Shown in pieces: positions 50,470 to 64,000 of a DNA stretch of 64,000 bases; position 1 is the first letter of the stretch, and each line of letters starts with the position of its first letter. The notes under the pieces are model-generated. The model worked only from the letters and a program-made list of their open reading frames with translations, had not been told where the DNA came from and searched no databases. The stretch spans positions 10,339-74,338 of the forward strand of contig CALVSW010000005.1 of NCBI GenBank assembly GCA_944359625.1, written 5' to 3'. The stretch comes from an uncultured Bacilli bacterium. Lineage in GTDB: Bacteria; Bacillota_I; Bacilli_A; RF39; UBA660. Both the position numbers and the translations under genes were made by a program.

Positions 50470-51294
50470 ATGACATTGCAAACAATTTGGAGTTTAATTA
50501 CTAAAGTAATTGATATTTCCTTAGTTTGGATGATGTTTTATTACATATTAAAAAATATTAAAAATAACGTCAAAATGGTACTTATCGTAAAAGGTGTAAT
50601 CCTTATTTTAGTTATTAAATTAATAAGTAATCTTTTAAATCTTTATACAATAGGATTACTTTTAGAATATATTGTTGAATGGGGACCACTTGCTATTATT
50701 GTTATCTTTCAACCTGAAATTAGAAATGTTTTGGAATCAATTGGACGAACACAATTATTAGGAAGGCATAAGGTATTAACCGTTGATGAAAGAGAACGTG
50801 TTGTCTATGAAATAATGGATGCTATTGAATATTTAAAGAAAAATCGAATTGGTGCTTTAATTGTTATTGAAAGGGATATGTCTTTACAAGAATATATAAC
50901 ACCAGCAACAAAAGTTTATGCTGATTTAACAAGTCCATTATTAGGCACAATATTTTTTCCAAATAGTCCTTTACATGATGGTGGTGTAATTATTGAAGGT
51001 GATCGAATTACTTGCGCGGGTGCTGTATTTAAAACTAGCATGAATCCTTCTATTTCTAAACGTTTAGGAACAAGACATCGTGCAGCTTTAGGAATAGCTG
51101 AGGAAACTGATGCAATAGCACTAGTTGTTTCTGAAGAAACAGGGAGATTGTCTATTGCTGTAGATGGTGAACTAAAATATAATTTAACTTTAGATGAATT
51201 TAGAATGATTTTAGTTGATGAATTGAAACCAAAAACAGAATTATTTTATAATGCAGATGAGTCATTAGAAGGTGAAGGTGAAGATAATGAGTAA
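50470..51294 (+). CDS. dacA: Diadenylate cyclase CdaA/DacA
   Basis: 3 TM, IFQPEIR, PLHDGG, GTRHRAA, VSEETG. Confidence 0.95.
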   Translation: MTLQTIWSLITKVIDISLVWMMFYYILKNIKNNVKMVLIVKGVILILVIKLISNLLNLYTIGLLLEYIVEWGPLAIIVIFQPEIRNVLESIGRTQLLGRHKVLTVDERERVVYEIMDAIEYLKKNRIGALIVIERDMSLQEYITPATKVYADLTSPLLGTIFFPNSPLHDGGVIIEGDRITCAGAVFKTSMNPSISKRLGTRHRAALGIAEETDAIALVVSEETGRLSIAVDGELKYNLTLDEFRMILVDELKPKTELFYNADESLEGEGEDNE

Positions 51295-52672
51295 AATATT
51301 TAAGCTCATACTATCTTTATTCAAATGGTTATATAAAATATTAGATAAATTTATAGTTACTCCAATTAGTAAGCTAATATATAATTTAAATAAAAAGATT
51401 CAAAAAAATAATGGTAAGTTAGAAAAAATTCTAAATCGTCCTAATATGTTACTATATATGTCTTTAATTTTTGCAGTAGTAGTATTTTTACTAATTGATT
51501 CTAAAGTAATTACTTTAGTTGAAACTGAGGCAGAAATTATAACTAATCAACCAATTAAGGTAGAATATAATAGTGAAGCATACGTTATAGAAGATTTACC
51601 AGAAACGGTAGATATAACATTGATAGGTAGAAAAAGTGATTTATATTTAGCTAAGCAATTAGGAGAAAATGAAGTTGTGTTAGACTTAACTGATTATGGT
51701 GCTAGAGATGAACCTTATCGTGTAAAATTAAGTTACAATCAGACTATAGATTCATTAGATTATAAATTAGATCCGTCATATGTTTATGTAACTATAAAAA
51801 AGAAGATATCAAGTTTAAAATCTATAACTTATGATGTTATTAATCAAGATAAATTAAATGAAATAGCCCCAGAACTTAGTGTCGCAAATGTAGAACTAAG
51901 TAAAACTGAAGTGGTTGTTAAAGGAAGTCAAGATACTCTTGATAAGATTGCTACTGTTAAAGCGTTAATAGATTTAAATAATGAAAAATTTACTGCTAAA
52001 GGAACTTATACATTAGATTCCGTACCTATTGTTGCATATGATGAAACTGGTAATATTTTATCTAATGTTGAAATAGTACCAAACAATATTAGTGCTACTA
52101 TAGAATTTACATCTTATAGCAAAGAAGTTCCTGTTGAAATTTTAACTGTAGGCACACCAGTTTCAGGTAAAGCTATTAGTGGAATTACAATTAATGGTGA
52201 ATCAGATTTTAAAGTTACCATTTATGGAGAACAAGAAGCATTAGAATCAATTGATAGTGTACCTGTAACTATTGATGTTACTGATTGTGGTGCAAATGGA
52301 TACAAAGAATACCATGCTCCATTGCAAAAACCAAGTGGTGTTAGATATATGCCTAATACAAGCGTTGATATTCATGTTTCGTTTGGCGAAGCAAAGCAAA
52401 AAACAATTGAAAATGTTCGTATAAGTGTTATTCAGCCTAACAAAGAAGGTCTTGTTGCTAACGCTACTTCAAGTGCATCTGTTAATGTTCAGGTTATTGG
52501 AGTTCAATCTGTTATTGATTCGATAGATGCTAGCTCAATATATGCCTACATTGATTTAAGTGATTATACAGTTGGTAATTATTCTGTACCAGTAATGGTT
52601 AATGGAAGTAATCAGATGGCTACTTATATCGTTTCCTCAACTGTTGATATATCGATTGTAAATACTAAATAA
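51287..52672 (+). CDS. cdaR: CdaR/YbbR-domain protein
   Basis: TM followed by repeated beta-rich YbbR-like domains; overlaps dacA. Confidence 0.85.
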   Translation: MSKIFKLILSLFKWLYKILDKFIVTPISKLIYNLNKKIQKNNGKLEKILNRPNMLLYMSLIFAVVVFLLIDSKVITLVETEAEIITNQPIKVEYNSEAYVIEDLPETVDITLIGRKSDLYLAKQLGENEVVLDLTDYGARDEPYRVKLSYNQTIDSLDYKLDPSYVYVTIKKKISSLKSITYDVINQDKLNEIAPELSVANVELSKTEVVVKGSQDTLDKIATVKALIDLNNEKFTAKGTYTLDSVPIVAYDETGNILSNVEIVPNNISATIEFTSYSKEVPVEILTVGTPVSGKAISGITINGESDFKVTIYGEQEALESIDSVPVTIDVTDCGANGYKEYHAPLQKPSGVRYMPNTSVDIHVSFGEAKQKTIENVRISVIQPNKEGLVANATSSASVNVQVIGVQSVIDSIDASSIYAYIDLSDYTVGNYSVPVMVNGSNQMATYIVSSTVDISIVNTK

Positions 52673-52676
52673 TCAT

Positions 52677-52712
52677 AAAAAAACGACATTCGTTATTGAA
52701 ATGCCGTTTTTT
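52677..52712. terminator. Bidirectional terminator
   Basis: aaaaaaacgacatt...aatgccgttttttt between convergent genes. Confidence 0.65.
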
Positions 52713-52918
52713 TAATCTTCATTATGTTCAATATCCATAAATAAAAGACCAATATTTATCAAGCCACATATACCCACTATTATATAAATTGCATTTTGAA
52801 GCATTTCACTAAATTCAAATAGTGTATAAACTAGATTAAAATTAAATAATCCAATTAATCCCCAATTTATAGCTCCAATTATTGTAAATACTAGGCATAT
52901 TTTTTGTAATATTTTCAT
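52712..52918 (-). CDS. DUF378 (YuzA-like) small membrane protein
   Basis: IIGAINWGLIGLFNFNLV...IYIIVGICG. Confidence 0.9.
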   Translation of the reverse strand: MKILQKICLVFTIIGAINWGLIGLFNFNLVYTLFEFSEMLQNAIYIIVGICGLINIGLLFMDIEHNED

Positions 52919-52937
52919 ATAACCTCTCCTCTAATTC

Positions 52938-52966
52938 TATTATGGTCAAAATCGTGAATAATATTC
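52938..52966 (-). promoter_or_regulatory. SigG-like forespore promoter for the DUF378 gene
   Basis: Minus strand GAATA-17 bp-CATAATA, matching the GNATA/CATAATA consensus. Confidence 0.55.
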
Positions 52967-53006
52967 ATTTCAATAAATATAATTAGATTAGAAAAGGAGT
53001 TATACA

Positions 53007-54002
53007 ATGAAGAAAATAATAGTTTTGTTTTTCGCCATAATATTGCTTAGTGGATGTGGCAAAAGTAACGAGGAAAAAGTCTTTGATAAATTTAAATCTT
53101 CTGTTAATGAAAGTAAGTCTTATTTACTTAATGGGAGCTTAGAAATTTATAATGATCAAGATACATTTAACTATGCAATTACTGTTGGTTATAAGAAAAA
53201 AGATATGTATAAAGTATCGTTAACAAATCAAGTTAATTCTCATCAACAAATCATTTTAAAAAATGAAGATGGTGTTTATGTAATTACACCAAGTTTAAAT
53301 AAAAGTTTTAAATTTCAAAGCAATTGGCCAGACAATAGTTCACAATCTTATATTCTAGAATCAATTTTAAATGATTTAAGCAATACAGAAAATAAAGAGT
53401 TTAGTGAAAATGATGAATATTATATTTTAAAAAGTTCTGTTAGTTATCCTAATAATAAATCTTTAACTTATCAAAAACTATATTTTAATAAAAATAATGA
53501 ATTAAAAATGAATGAGGTTTATGATAATAATGATACTATGAGGATTAAAGTTGTATTTGATAGTATAGATTATAAGGCGGATTTAGATGATGAATATTTT
53601 AGCTTAGATAAATCTATTGATACTAATTGTTGTAATTCATCTGAAGCACCGACATCAGATTTTGAAGATATATTATACCCATTATATATTCCAAGTGATA
53701 CATATCTTACTACAAAAGAAACTATAAATACTGAGAATGGTAATCGGGCAATATTAACATTTGGTGGCTCAAAAGAATTCGTTTTAGTAGAAGAAGGTAG
53801 TGTTGCCAATGAAGAATTTGAAGTTATTCCAATTTATGGTGATCCATTAATGTTAAATGGCTCTATAGGGGCTTTAAGTGGTAATTCAATTTATTGGACG
53901 CACAATAATGTAGATTATTATTTAGCTGGTTCTGATCTTTCACAAGAAGAACTTCTAAATGTAGCTAATTCTATTTCTAATACAATTGTAACTGAAAAAT
54001 AA
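53007..54002 (+). CDS. ydcC: Sporulation lipoprotein YdcC-like (LolA-like fold, DUF4367)
   Basis: LSGC lipobox; QIILKN.DGVYVITPSLNKSFKFQSNWP.NSSQ.Y..ES closely follows Bacillus YdcC. Confidence 0.8.
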   Translation: MKKIIVLFFAIILLSGCGKSNEEKVFDKFKSSVNESKSYLLNGSLEIYNDQDTFNYAITVGYKKKDMYKVSLTNQVNSHQQIILKNEDGVYVITPSLNKSFKFQSNWPDNSSQSYILESILNDLSNTENKEFSENDEYYILKSSVSYPNNKSLTYQKLYFNKNNELKMNEVYDNNDTMRIKVVFDSIDYKADLDDEYFSLDKSIDTNCCNSSEAPTSDFEDILYPLYIPSDTYLTTKETINTENGNRAILTFGGSKEFVLVEEGSVANEEFEVIPIYGDPLMLNGSIGALSGNSIYWTHNNVDYYLAGSDLSQEELLNVANSISNTIVTEK

Positions 54003-54051
54003 CCCTTTACTTTTATAAATAAAATAGATTATAATTACTTTAGGTGATTAT

Positions 54052-54540
54052 ATGTCAGCAAATAACGAAGAAATGAAAACGATAAAGCAGTTTATAATAA
54101 CTTTAATAATACTAATTATAATAGTTTTAGGCATTTATTTTTTTACAAAACTTTTTGTTACAAAGGAAGATACTGATACAACAACAACTGATGTTGATTA
54201 TATAAATCCTAAAATGGCAATTGTAGGTACTATGCTAAAAAAAAGTGAAGATAATTATTACGTTATTTTATATAATACTGAAGATGATGATGCCTCGACT
54301 TATGCTGCATTGCTAAATAAATATTCAGCTAAAGATGATTATGTTACTACTTATCGCGTTGATTTGTCTAATCCTATGAATAGTAAATACATAGCTGAAG
54401 GTAGTGATGTTAATACACAATCAGATACCTTAAGTGATTTAAGATTTGGGGCAATAACTTTGTTAGAAGTTAAAAATGGTAAAATTATTGATTCATTTGA
54501 GTCAGTTGAAAGTATTGAAAAAGAGTGGAAACTAAGCTAA
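54052..54540 (+). CDS. Hypothetical membrane-anchored protein
   Basis: N-terminal TM plus extracellular alpha/beta domain; own promoter and terminator. Confidence 0.75.
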   Translation: MSANNEEMKTIKQFIITLIILIIIVLGIYFFTKLFVTKEDTDTTTTDVDYINPKMAIVGTMLKKSEDNYYVILYNTEDDDASTYAALLNKYSAKDDYVTTYRVDLSNPMNSKYIAEGSDVNTQSDTLSDLRFGAITLLEVKNGKIIDSFESVESIEKEWKLS

Positions 54541-54606
54541 ATTATTAGCTTTTTTTCTTACTTTAAAAAATAATTAAAATATGCTATTATAAAAATAGAG
54601 GGAAAG

Positions 54607-55806
54607 ATGAAAAGTAAAAAAAATGTATTCAGTATTACTGAAATAATAGTTATTGTAATTGTAACAAGTTTAGTTAGTGCATTATCTGCAGGTTTAATAA
54701 TAACTAATAGTTTTCAAAATAATTCTGGCATATCTTATTTAAATTTGGTAAACGATAAAAATTTAAAAGAATTTTTAAGTGTATATGGAAATATTTTATC
54801 TGGCTACTATGAAGATGTTGATCCTGAGGCAGCAATAAATAGTGCAATACAAGGTTTAACCACTTATTTAGGTGATAAATACACTACATATATGACTGAA
54901 GAAGAAGCTACAGCCTTAGATAATTCGTTAAAAGGTACATATGAAGGTATTGGAATATCAATGAGTGTAAATGATCCTCAGATAGTATATGAAGTATATG
55001 AAAATACGCCAGCTAGTAAGGCAGGTATTTTAAAACAAGATAAAATATTAAAGATAAATGGTATTGATATAACCGGGTTAAGTACTGCAGAAATTACTGA
55101 TATGATTAAAAAAAATGATAATATTAATTTAGAAATATTGCGTGGGGAAAACGTTATGAATTTTAATTTGAGTGCTGAAACTATTATTCTTCCACAAGTA
55201 AAATATGAGATCATTAATAATAATGAACATAAAATAGGTTATCTTTATATTGAAACTTTTTCGGCTACTATTGCTAATCAAGTTAGTAATGCATTACAAA
55301 AATTAGAAAATGAAAATATTGAATCTTTAATTATAGATGTTAGAAATAATGGCGGTGGTTACTTAGCAGAAGCTGAAAAAATAATAGATATGTTTGTTGA
55401 AAAGGGAAAAGTTATCTATTCGTTAGAAAGTAAGAATAATGTAGAAATATATTATGATAGTACTGAAGAAAGTAGAACATATCCTATAATTATTTTGCAA
55501 AATGGTGCCTCCGCAAGTGCATCTGAAATATTAACTGCCGCATTAATTGATTCTTATGGTGCTAAATCTTTAGGTACAACTAGTTATGGTAAAGGGAAGG
55601 TACAACAAAAAGTTAATTTAGATGATGGTTCAAGTTTAAAGTATACGACTTCTAAGTGGTTACGACCTAATGGTGAGTGTATAGATACGTACGGAATTAA
55701 TCCATATTACTTAGTTGAGTTAGAATATATAAAAGATGCAGACGGAAAAATTATTTCTGTTATTGATACACAATTAAGAAAAGCGATAGAAATTCTTAGT
55801 GAGTAA
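54607..55806 (+). CDS. S41 C-terminal processing protease (CtpA-like)
   Basis: GIG, PDZ (TPA.KAG), DVRNNGGG, SASASEI, YGKG.VQ. Confidence 0.93.
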   Translation: MKSKKNVFSITEIIVIVIVTSLVSALSAGLIITNSFQNNSGISYLNLVNDKNLKEFLSVYGNILSGYYEDVDPEAAINSAIQGLTTYLGDKYTTYMTEEEATALDNSLKGTYEGIGISMSVNDPQIVYEVYENTPASKAGILKQDKILKINGIDITGLSTAEITDMIKKNDNINLEILRGENVMNFNLSAETIILPQVKYEIINNNEHKIGYLYIETFSATIANQVSNALQKLENENIESLIIDVRNNGGGYLAEAEKIIDMFVEKGKVIYSLESKNNVEIYYDSTEESRTYPIIILQNGASASASEILTAALIDSYGAKSLGTTSYGKGKVQQKVNLDDGSSLKYTTSKWLRPNGECIDTYGINPYYLVELEYIKDADGKIISVIDTQLRKAIEILSE

Positions 55807-55875
55807 AATAAAATGCCTATAAAAGATTATAGACATTTTTTATATTAATTTATTTTAAAAAAGGTTATAATATAA

Positions 55876-56430
55876 GTGAAAGCGAAGTGCCGTATGAATA
55901 ATTTTAAGATAGGTGATAGATTAAAAATTCATTGTTATAAGCATGATGGTAGTCTTCATAGAACATGGGACGAAGCTACGGTACTTGATTATAATGATGA
56001 AATATTAGTTTGTGGAAATGATAGGACTATAGTTACAGAAAATGATGGTAGAAGTCATAAAACTAAAGAACCAGCAATATTATTCTTTTATAAGTCTCAT
56101 TGGTTTAATATAATAGCCCAATTAAAAAAACAAGGCTTATATTATTATTGCAACATAGCAAGTCCTTATTTAATTGATGATAATATAATAAAGTATATAG
56201 ATTATGATCTGGATTTACGTGTATTTCCCGATGGAGGATTTAGAATATTAGATAAAAATGAATATAGGTATCATAAGAAAATTATGAATTATCCTGATAA
56301 TTTGGATGTTATATTAAAAAATGAACTTAAAGAATTGATAAATATGAATATTAATGGAAAATCTCTATTTAATCCTCAAATTATAAAAAAATATTCGTTT
56401 ATTTATAAGAAAATTAAGTCTCTAAAGTAG
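55876..56430 (+). CDS. DUF402 (YgaC-like) nucleoside tri/diphosphate phosphatase
   Basis: YKHDGSLHRTW, EPAI..F, YYCNIASP, YIDYDLDL. Confidence 0.9.
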   Translation: MKAKCRMNNFKIGDRLKIHCYKHDGSLHRTWDEATVLDYNDEILVCGNDRTIVTENDGRSHKTKEPAILFFYKSHWFNIIAQLKKQGLYYYCNIASPYLIDDNIIKYIDYDLDLRVFPDGGFRILDKNEYRYHKKIMNYPDNLDVILKNELKELINMNINGKSLFNPQIIKKYSFIYKKIKSLK

Positions 56431-56489
56431 CATAAAAACGCTAAAAATCGAAAATTTGCAAAAAAAAATCAAAAAAACTAAATTTTTGC

Positions 56490-56518
56490 TTGCATTTTCT
56501 GATATTGTGTTATATACT
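56490..56518 (+). promoter_or_regulatory. rrn promoter P1
   Basis: TTGCAT-17 bp-TATACT with an A-tract UP element. Confidence 0.7.
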
Positions 56519-56592
56519 GAAAAAGAACTGCGGAAGAAAGCAGTTGGTAGCAAATAAAAGCTTAAAAAAGTTGAAAAAAAGTAAATTTACTA

Positions 56593-56621
56593 TTGACATT
56601 TTGAAGTCGATTTGTTATAGT
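56593..56621 (+). promoter_or_regulatory. rrn promoter P2
   Basis: TTGACA-17 bp-TATAGT, extended TG, A-tract upstream. Confidence 0.8.
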
Positions 56622-56704
56622 ATTTACTGCAACTGGTTGAGCTGCAAATGATCTTTGAAAACTAAGTAAAATAGTCAATTTGAGTAGCTTAGATTAAACT
56701 TGAT

Positions 56705-58276
<1,572 letters not shown>

Positions 58277-58513
58277 ATGGAGTTTATACTTAATAGAAAA
58301 AACCGTATAAAGTCTTCGGGGTTTGGATTTATTCAAAAGACTTTAAATTGGCTACTTAGCAATTATTTTACTTGGTTTTGAGAGATTATTTCTCTCAGGA
58401 TTTTGTTCTTTGAAAACTTGATAATGCGTGATATTTATTTAATATCATATTGAGTAGCAATTTTTAATATTGCATTAAGATCTCAAAACTCATCAATTAG
58501 GAAAATTAATGGT

Positions 58514-61438
<2,925 letters not shown>

Positions 61439-61495
61439 ATATATTCTTAATATATTTGAGTTGCATTATCATGTTTTTAAAGGACAAAATCTTTT

Positions 61496-61600
61496 ATAGG
61501 TGACTATAGCTAAGTGGATACACCTCTTCCCATCCCGAACAGAGAAGTTAAGCACTTATACGCTGAAGATAGTTTTATGCGAAAATAGGAAGTTGCCTAT
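61496..61600 (+). rRNA. rrf: 5S ribosomal RNA (short, about 105 nt)
   Basis: ataggtgac/gttgcctat terminal helix, CCCATCCCGAAAC-like loop C (cccatcccgaac), GAAGTTAAGC. Confidence 0.93.
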
Positions 61601-61692
61601 TTTTTTTTGCTTTTAATTTATTTATGTAAATTTTTAAACATAATATTGATAATCATATAATATATTTGTATACTATTATCAGGTGATTATAT

Positions 61693-62145
61693 ATGAATTT
61701 TAAAATTACAAGTAAATCTGTTGAAGATACTATGGAATTAGCTCAGAATATAGAGTCAGAAAAATTTCCAGGTATGATAATATGCCTTGATGGTGAATTA
61801 GGAAGTGGAAAGACTGTATTTGTAAAAGGATTTGCACAAGCTTTAGGAATAAAAGACACCATTACATCACCAACCTTTAATTTAATAAAAGAATATGATG
61901 ATGGAGAAGCAAAGTTATATCATATGGATGTATATCGATTAGAAGAAAATGACCAATCTATTGATTTTTCTGAGTATTTTGATGGCGAGGCAATTTCTAT
62001 AATAGAATGGTCTGATTTAATTTCAGAATCTTTACCAAATGAACGATTAGAAATTAAATTTAAAATTGTAGATGAAAATGTTAGAATCCTAAAGATTACT
62101 CCATATGGCAAAAAATATGAAGATTTGTGTGAAGCTATTTTATAG
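61693..62145 (+). CDS. tsaE: t6A biosynthesis ATPase TsaE
   Basis: GELGSGKT, SPTF, HMDVYR, IEW. Confidence 0.96.
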   Translation: MNFKITSKSVEDTMELAQNIESEKFPGMIICLDGELGSGKTVFVKGFAQALGIKDTITSPTFNLIKEYDDGEAKLYHMDVYRLEENDQSIDFSEYFDGEAISIIEWSDLISESLPNERLEIKFKIVDENVRILKITPYGKKYEDLCEAIL

Positions 62146-62182
62146 CTTTTTTTTCTTTTAAGTGCTATAATACCGAGTATGG

Positions 62183-62746
62183 TTGGTGATAATGATGTTT
62201 ACCTTATTTATTGATACACATTTTAAAGATGTTATTATATCTTTGTATAAAAATGAAAATTTACTTGATTTTATAATAGAAAAAAACGTTAATACTACAA
62301 GCCAAGTTACAATGCCAATTATTGAAAAAATATTAGAAAGAAATAATTGCAATAAAAAAGATTTAAATCGTATTGTAGTTTGCATTGGTCCCGGCTCATT
62401 TACTGGAGTTCGTGTAGGTGTAACAATTGCTAAGCTTTTATCATATTTATTAAATATACCAATATACACAATTACATCATTAGAACTTGCTGCATTGTAT
62501 GATAATTATAATCATGAAGAATATGGGATTATAGAAAATAATGGGTTATTTAAAGCAAAGTTTAAAAACAAGAAAATTATAGGTAGTATTCAATATGAAA
62601 AAACACAAAATATACCTGAAAATATTTTTATTAATTCTAACATTGTTCTTTCTAAATTGTTAGTTAATTTTTCAATTTTAAAAAAATCAAGTTCATTTTT
62701 AGTTAATCCTTTATATATCAAGGAATTAAATATTAATAAAAAATAG
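62183..62746 (+). CDS. tsaB: t6A biosynthesis protein TsaB
   Basis: LFIDT, GPGSFTGVRVG; between tsaE and tsaD; true start probably one of the ATGs near 62192. Confidence 0.9.
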   Translation: MVIMMFTLFIDTHFKDVIISLYKNENLLDFIIEKNVNTTSQVTMPIIEKILERNNCNKKDLNRIVVCIGPGSFTGVRVGVTIAKLLSYLLNIPIYTITSLELAALYDNYNHEEYGIIENNGLFKAKFKNKKIIGSIQYEKTQNIPENIFINSNIVLSKLLVNFSILKKSSSFLVNPLYIKELNINKK

Positions 62747-62757
62747 AAAGGAAAAAT

Positions 62758-63762
62758 ATGAAAGACATATTTATTTTAGCTATTGAATCAAGTTGTGATG
62801 AAACAAGTATGGCAATAGTAAAAAATGGAAATGAAGTTATTGGGTTAAGTACTAATACACAAATTCCTATTCATGAGCTATATGGCGGTGTAGTGCCCGA
62901 ACTAGCATCAAGAATGCACACAGAAAATGTTTTGTATGTTTTAGATGATTTATTAAAAAAAACTAATTTTAAACTAGAAAATATTGATGCTGTTGCGGTA
63001 ACATGTGGCCCAGGATTAACTGGAAGTTTATTAATTGGTATTGAAGCTGCAAAAGTTATTTCTTATTTATATAATAAACCTCTTATTGCAGTAAATCATA
63101 TAATTGGTCATATTTATGCTAATGCTTTAACTAAGAAATTAAATTTTCCTGCATTAGCACTAATAGTTAGTGGCGGACATACAAATTTAGTCTACATGAA
63201 AGATAATTATAAATTTGAAATATTGGGAGGAACATTAGATGATGCGATTGGAGAAGCATTTGATAAGGTTGCAAGAGTTTTGGATTTGAAATACCCAGGA
63301 GGTCCTAACATAGAAAAACTTGCTAAAAATGGCAAAACAACTTATAAATTACCAATTCCAATGAATAATCAATCAATGGATTTTAGTTTTAGTGGCTTAA
63401 AATCTGGTATTATTAACTTAGTTCATAATGAAATTCAAAGAGGCAATGAAATAAATAAAGAGGATTTAGCCTGTTCTTTTCAAAATATTGCAGTTGATGA
63501 AGTAGTCCGTAAATTAGAAATAGCTATTAACAAAACTAAAGTTAGTAATGTTATAGTAGCTGGTGGTGTATCAGCAAATACATATTTGCGTGATAAGATA
63601 ACTGAATTAACAAAAAAATATAATATTAATTTAGGAATTCCTGATTTAAACTATTGTACGGATAATGCCGCAATGATAGGAGCTGCAGCTTACTATCTTT
63701 ATTTAAAGAAAGATTTTTCTGACTTAAACTTACAACCTCAACCTAATAAAAGTTTAAATTAG
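62758..63762 (+). CDS. tsaD: t6A transferase TsaD
   Basis: IESSCDET, GGVVPELASR.H, NH..GH, VSGGHT, DFSFSGLK, CTDNAAMI. Confidence 0.97.
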   Translation: MKDIFILAIESSCDETSMAIVKNGNEVIGLSTNTQIPIHELYGGVVPELASRMHTENVLYVLDDLLKKTNFKLENIDAVAVTCGPGLTGSLLIGIEAAKVISYLYNKPLIAVNHIIGHIYANALTKKLNFPALALIVSGGHTNLVYMKDNYKFEILGGTLDDAIGEAFDKVARVLDLKYPGGPNIEKLAKNGKTTYKLPIPMNNQSMDFSFSGLKSGIINLVHNEIQRGNEINKEDLACSFQNIAVDEVVRKLEIAINKTKVSNVIVAGGVSANTYLRDKITELTKKYNINLGIPDLNYCTDNAAMIGAAAYYLYLKKDFSDLNLQPQPNKSLN

Positions 63763-63827
63763 GTAATAAAGTTATTGTAAAATAAACCATATTTGATATA
63801 ATATTATTATAGTACGGAGGTTATATA

Positions 63828-64000
63828 ATGGATAGTTTAAAAAAGCATATTGCTGTTTATGCTGCTATTGCATGCTTACTAATTATAGGGACTTTTTCAA
63901 TTACTTATTCATATTTTTTAGCAGATTTACAAGAAGATCCTTCAATTACTTCTACAAAAGTTACTGTTGGTAATCTTGATTTAAATTTTGTTACTAATCA
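63828..64000 (+). CDS. Secreted protein with SipW-type (TasA/camelysin-like) signal peptide, 5' fragment
   Basis: GGAGG RBS; MDSLKK plus hydrophobic segment, TYSYF...VTVGNLDLNF; runs off the window. Confidence 0.6.
   Translation, partial: MDSLKKHIAVYAAIACLLIIGTFSITYSYFLADLQEDPSITSTKVTVGNLDLNFVTN

Noticed and set aside
58277-58513. tRNA in the 16S-23S spacer or after 5S
   Set aside because: No cloverleaf or TTCGA T-loop seen; the hairpins are explained by processing stems

Overview
An AT-rich, mostly plus-strand, origin-proximal core-genome segment of a reduced low-GC Bacilli genome. It uses the standard code 11. The 16S/5S rRNAs have Mollicutes-like features, but cell-wall genes (ftsEX, two M23 peptidases) and sporulation genes (soj/spo0J, sigH, gerQ, ydcC-like, yuzA-like) are present. 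This fits an uncultured RF39-like lineage (inference). The window holds parAB, ychF, typA, rpsF-ssb-rpsR, rplI-replicative helicase, rlmH, ung, ftsEX, uvrA, lgt, trxB, mrnC-rlmB-sigH-secE-nusG, rplK-rplA-rplJ-rplL, rpsL-rpsG-fusA-tuf, eno-secG-rnr-smpB, dacA-cdaR, one tRNA-free 16S-23S-5S operon and tsaE-tsaB-tsaD. I saw no CRISPR array, tRNA, IS or prophage. Most notable: (1) an apparently split L1-type leader, with an 8-nt complementarity spanning rplK; (2) L11 with a long acidic tail; (3) S12 with Ile at the conserved P90 position; (4) a terminator built from two perfect DnaA boxes, at the point where rpoBC is replaced by two pilin-like genes; (5) a dispersed family of canonical and degenerate prepilin-like proteins; (6) back-to-back SigG-like and SigE-like promoters sharing a palindromic -35; (7) an XRE regulator, 22-bp palindrome and radical SAM gene coupled to uvrA. 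All calls come from motif recognition by eye; no database searches were run.
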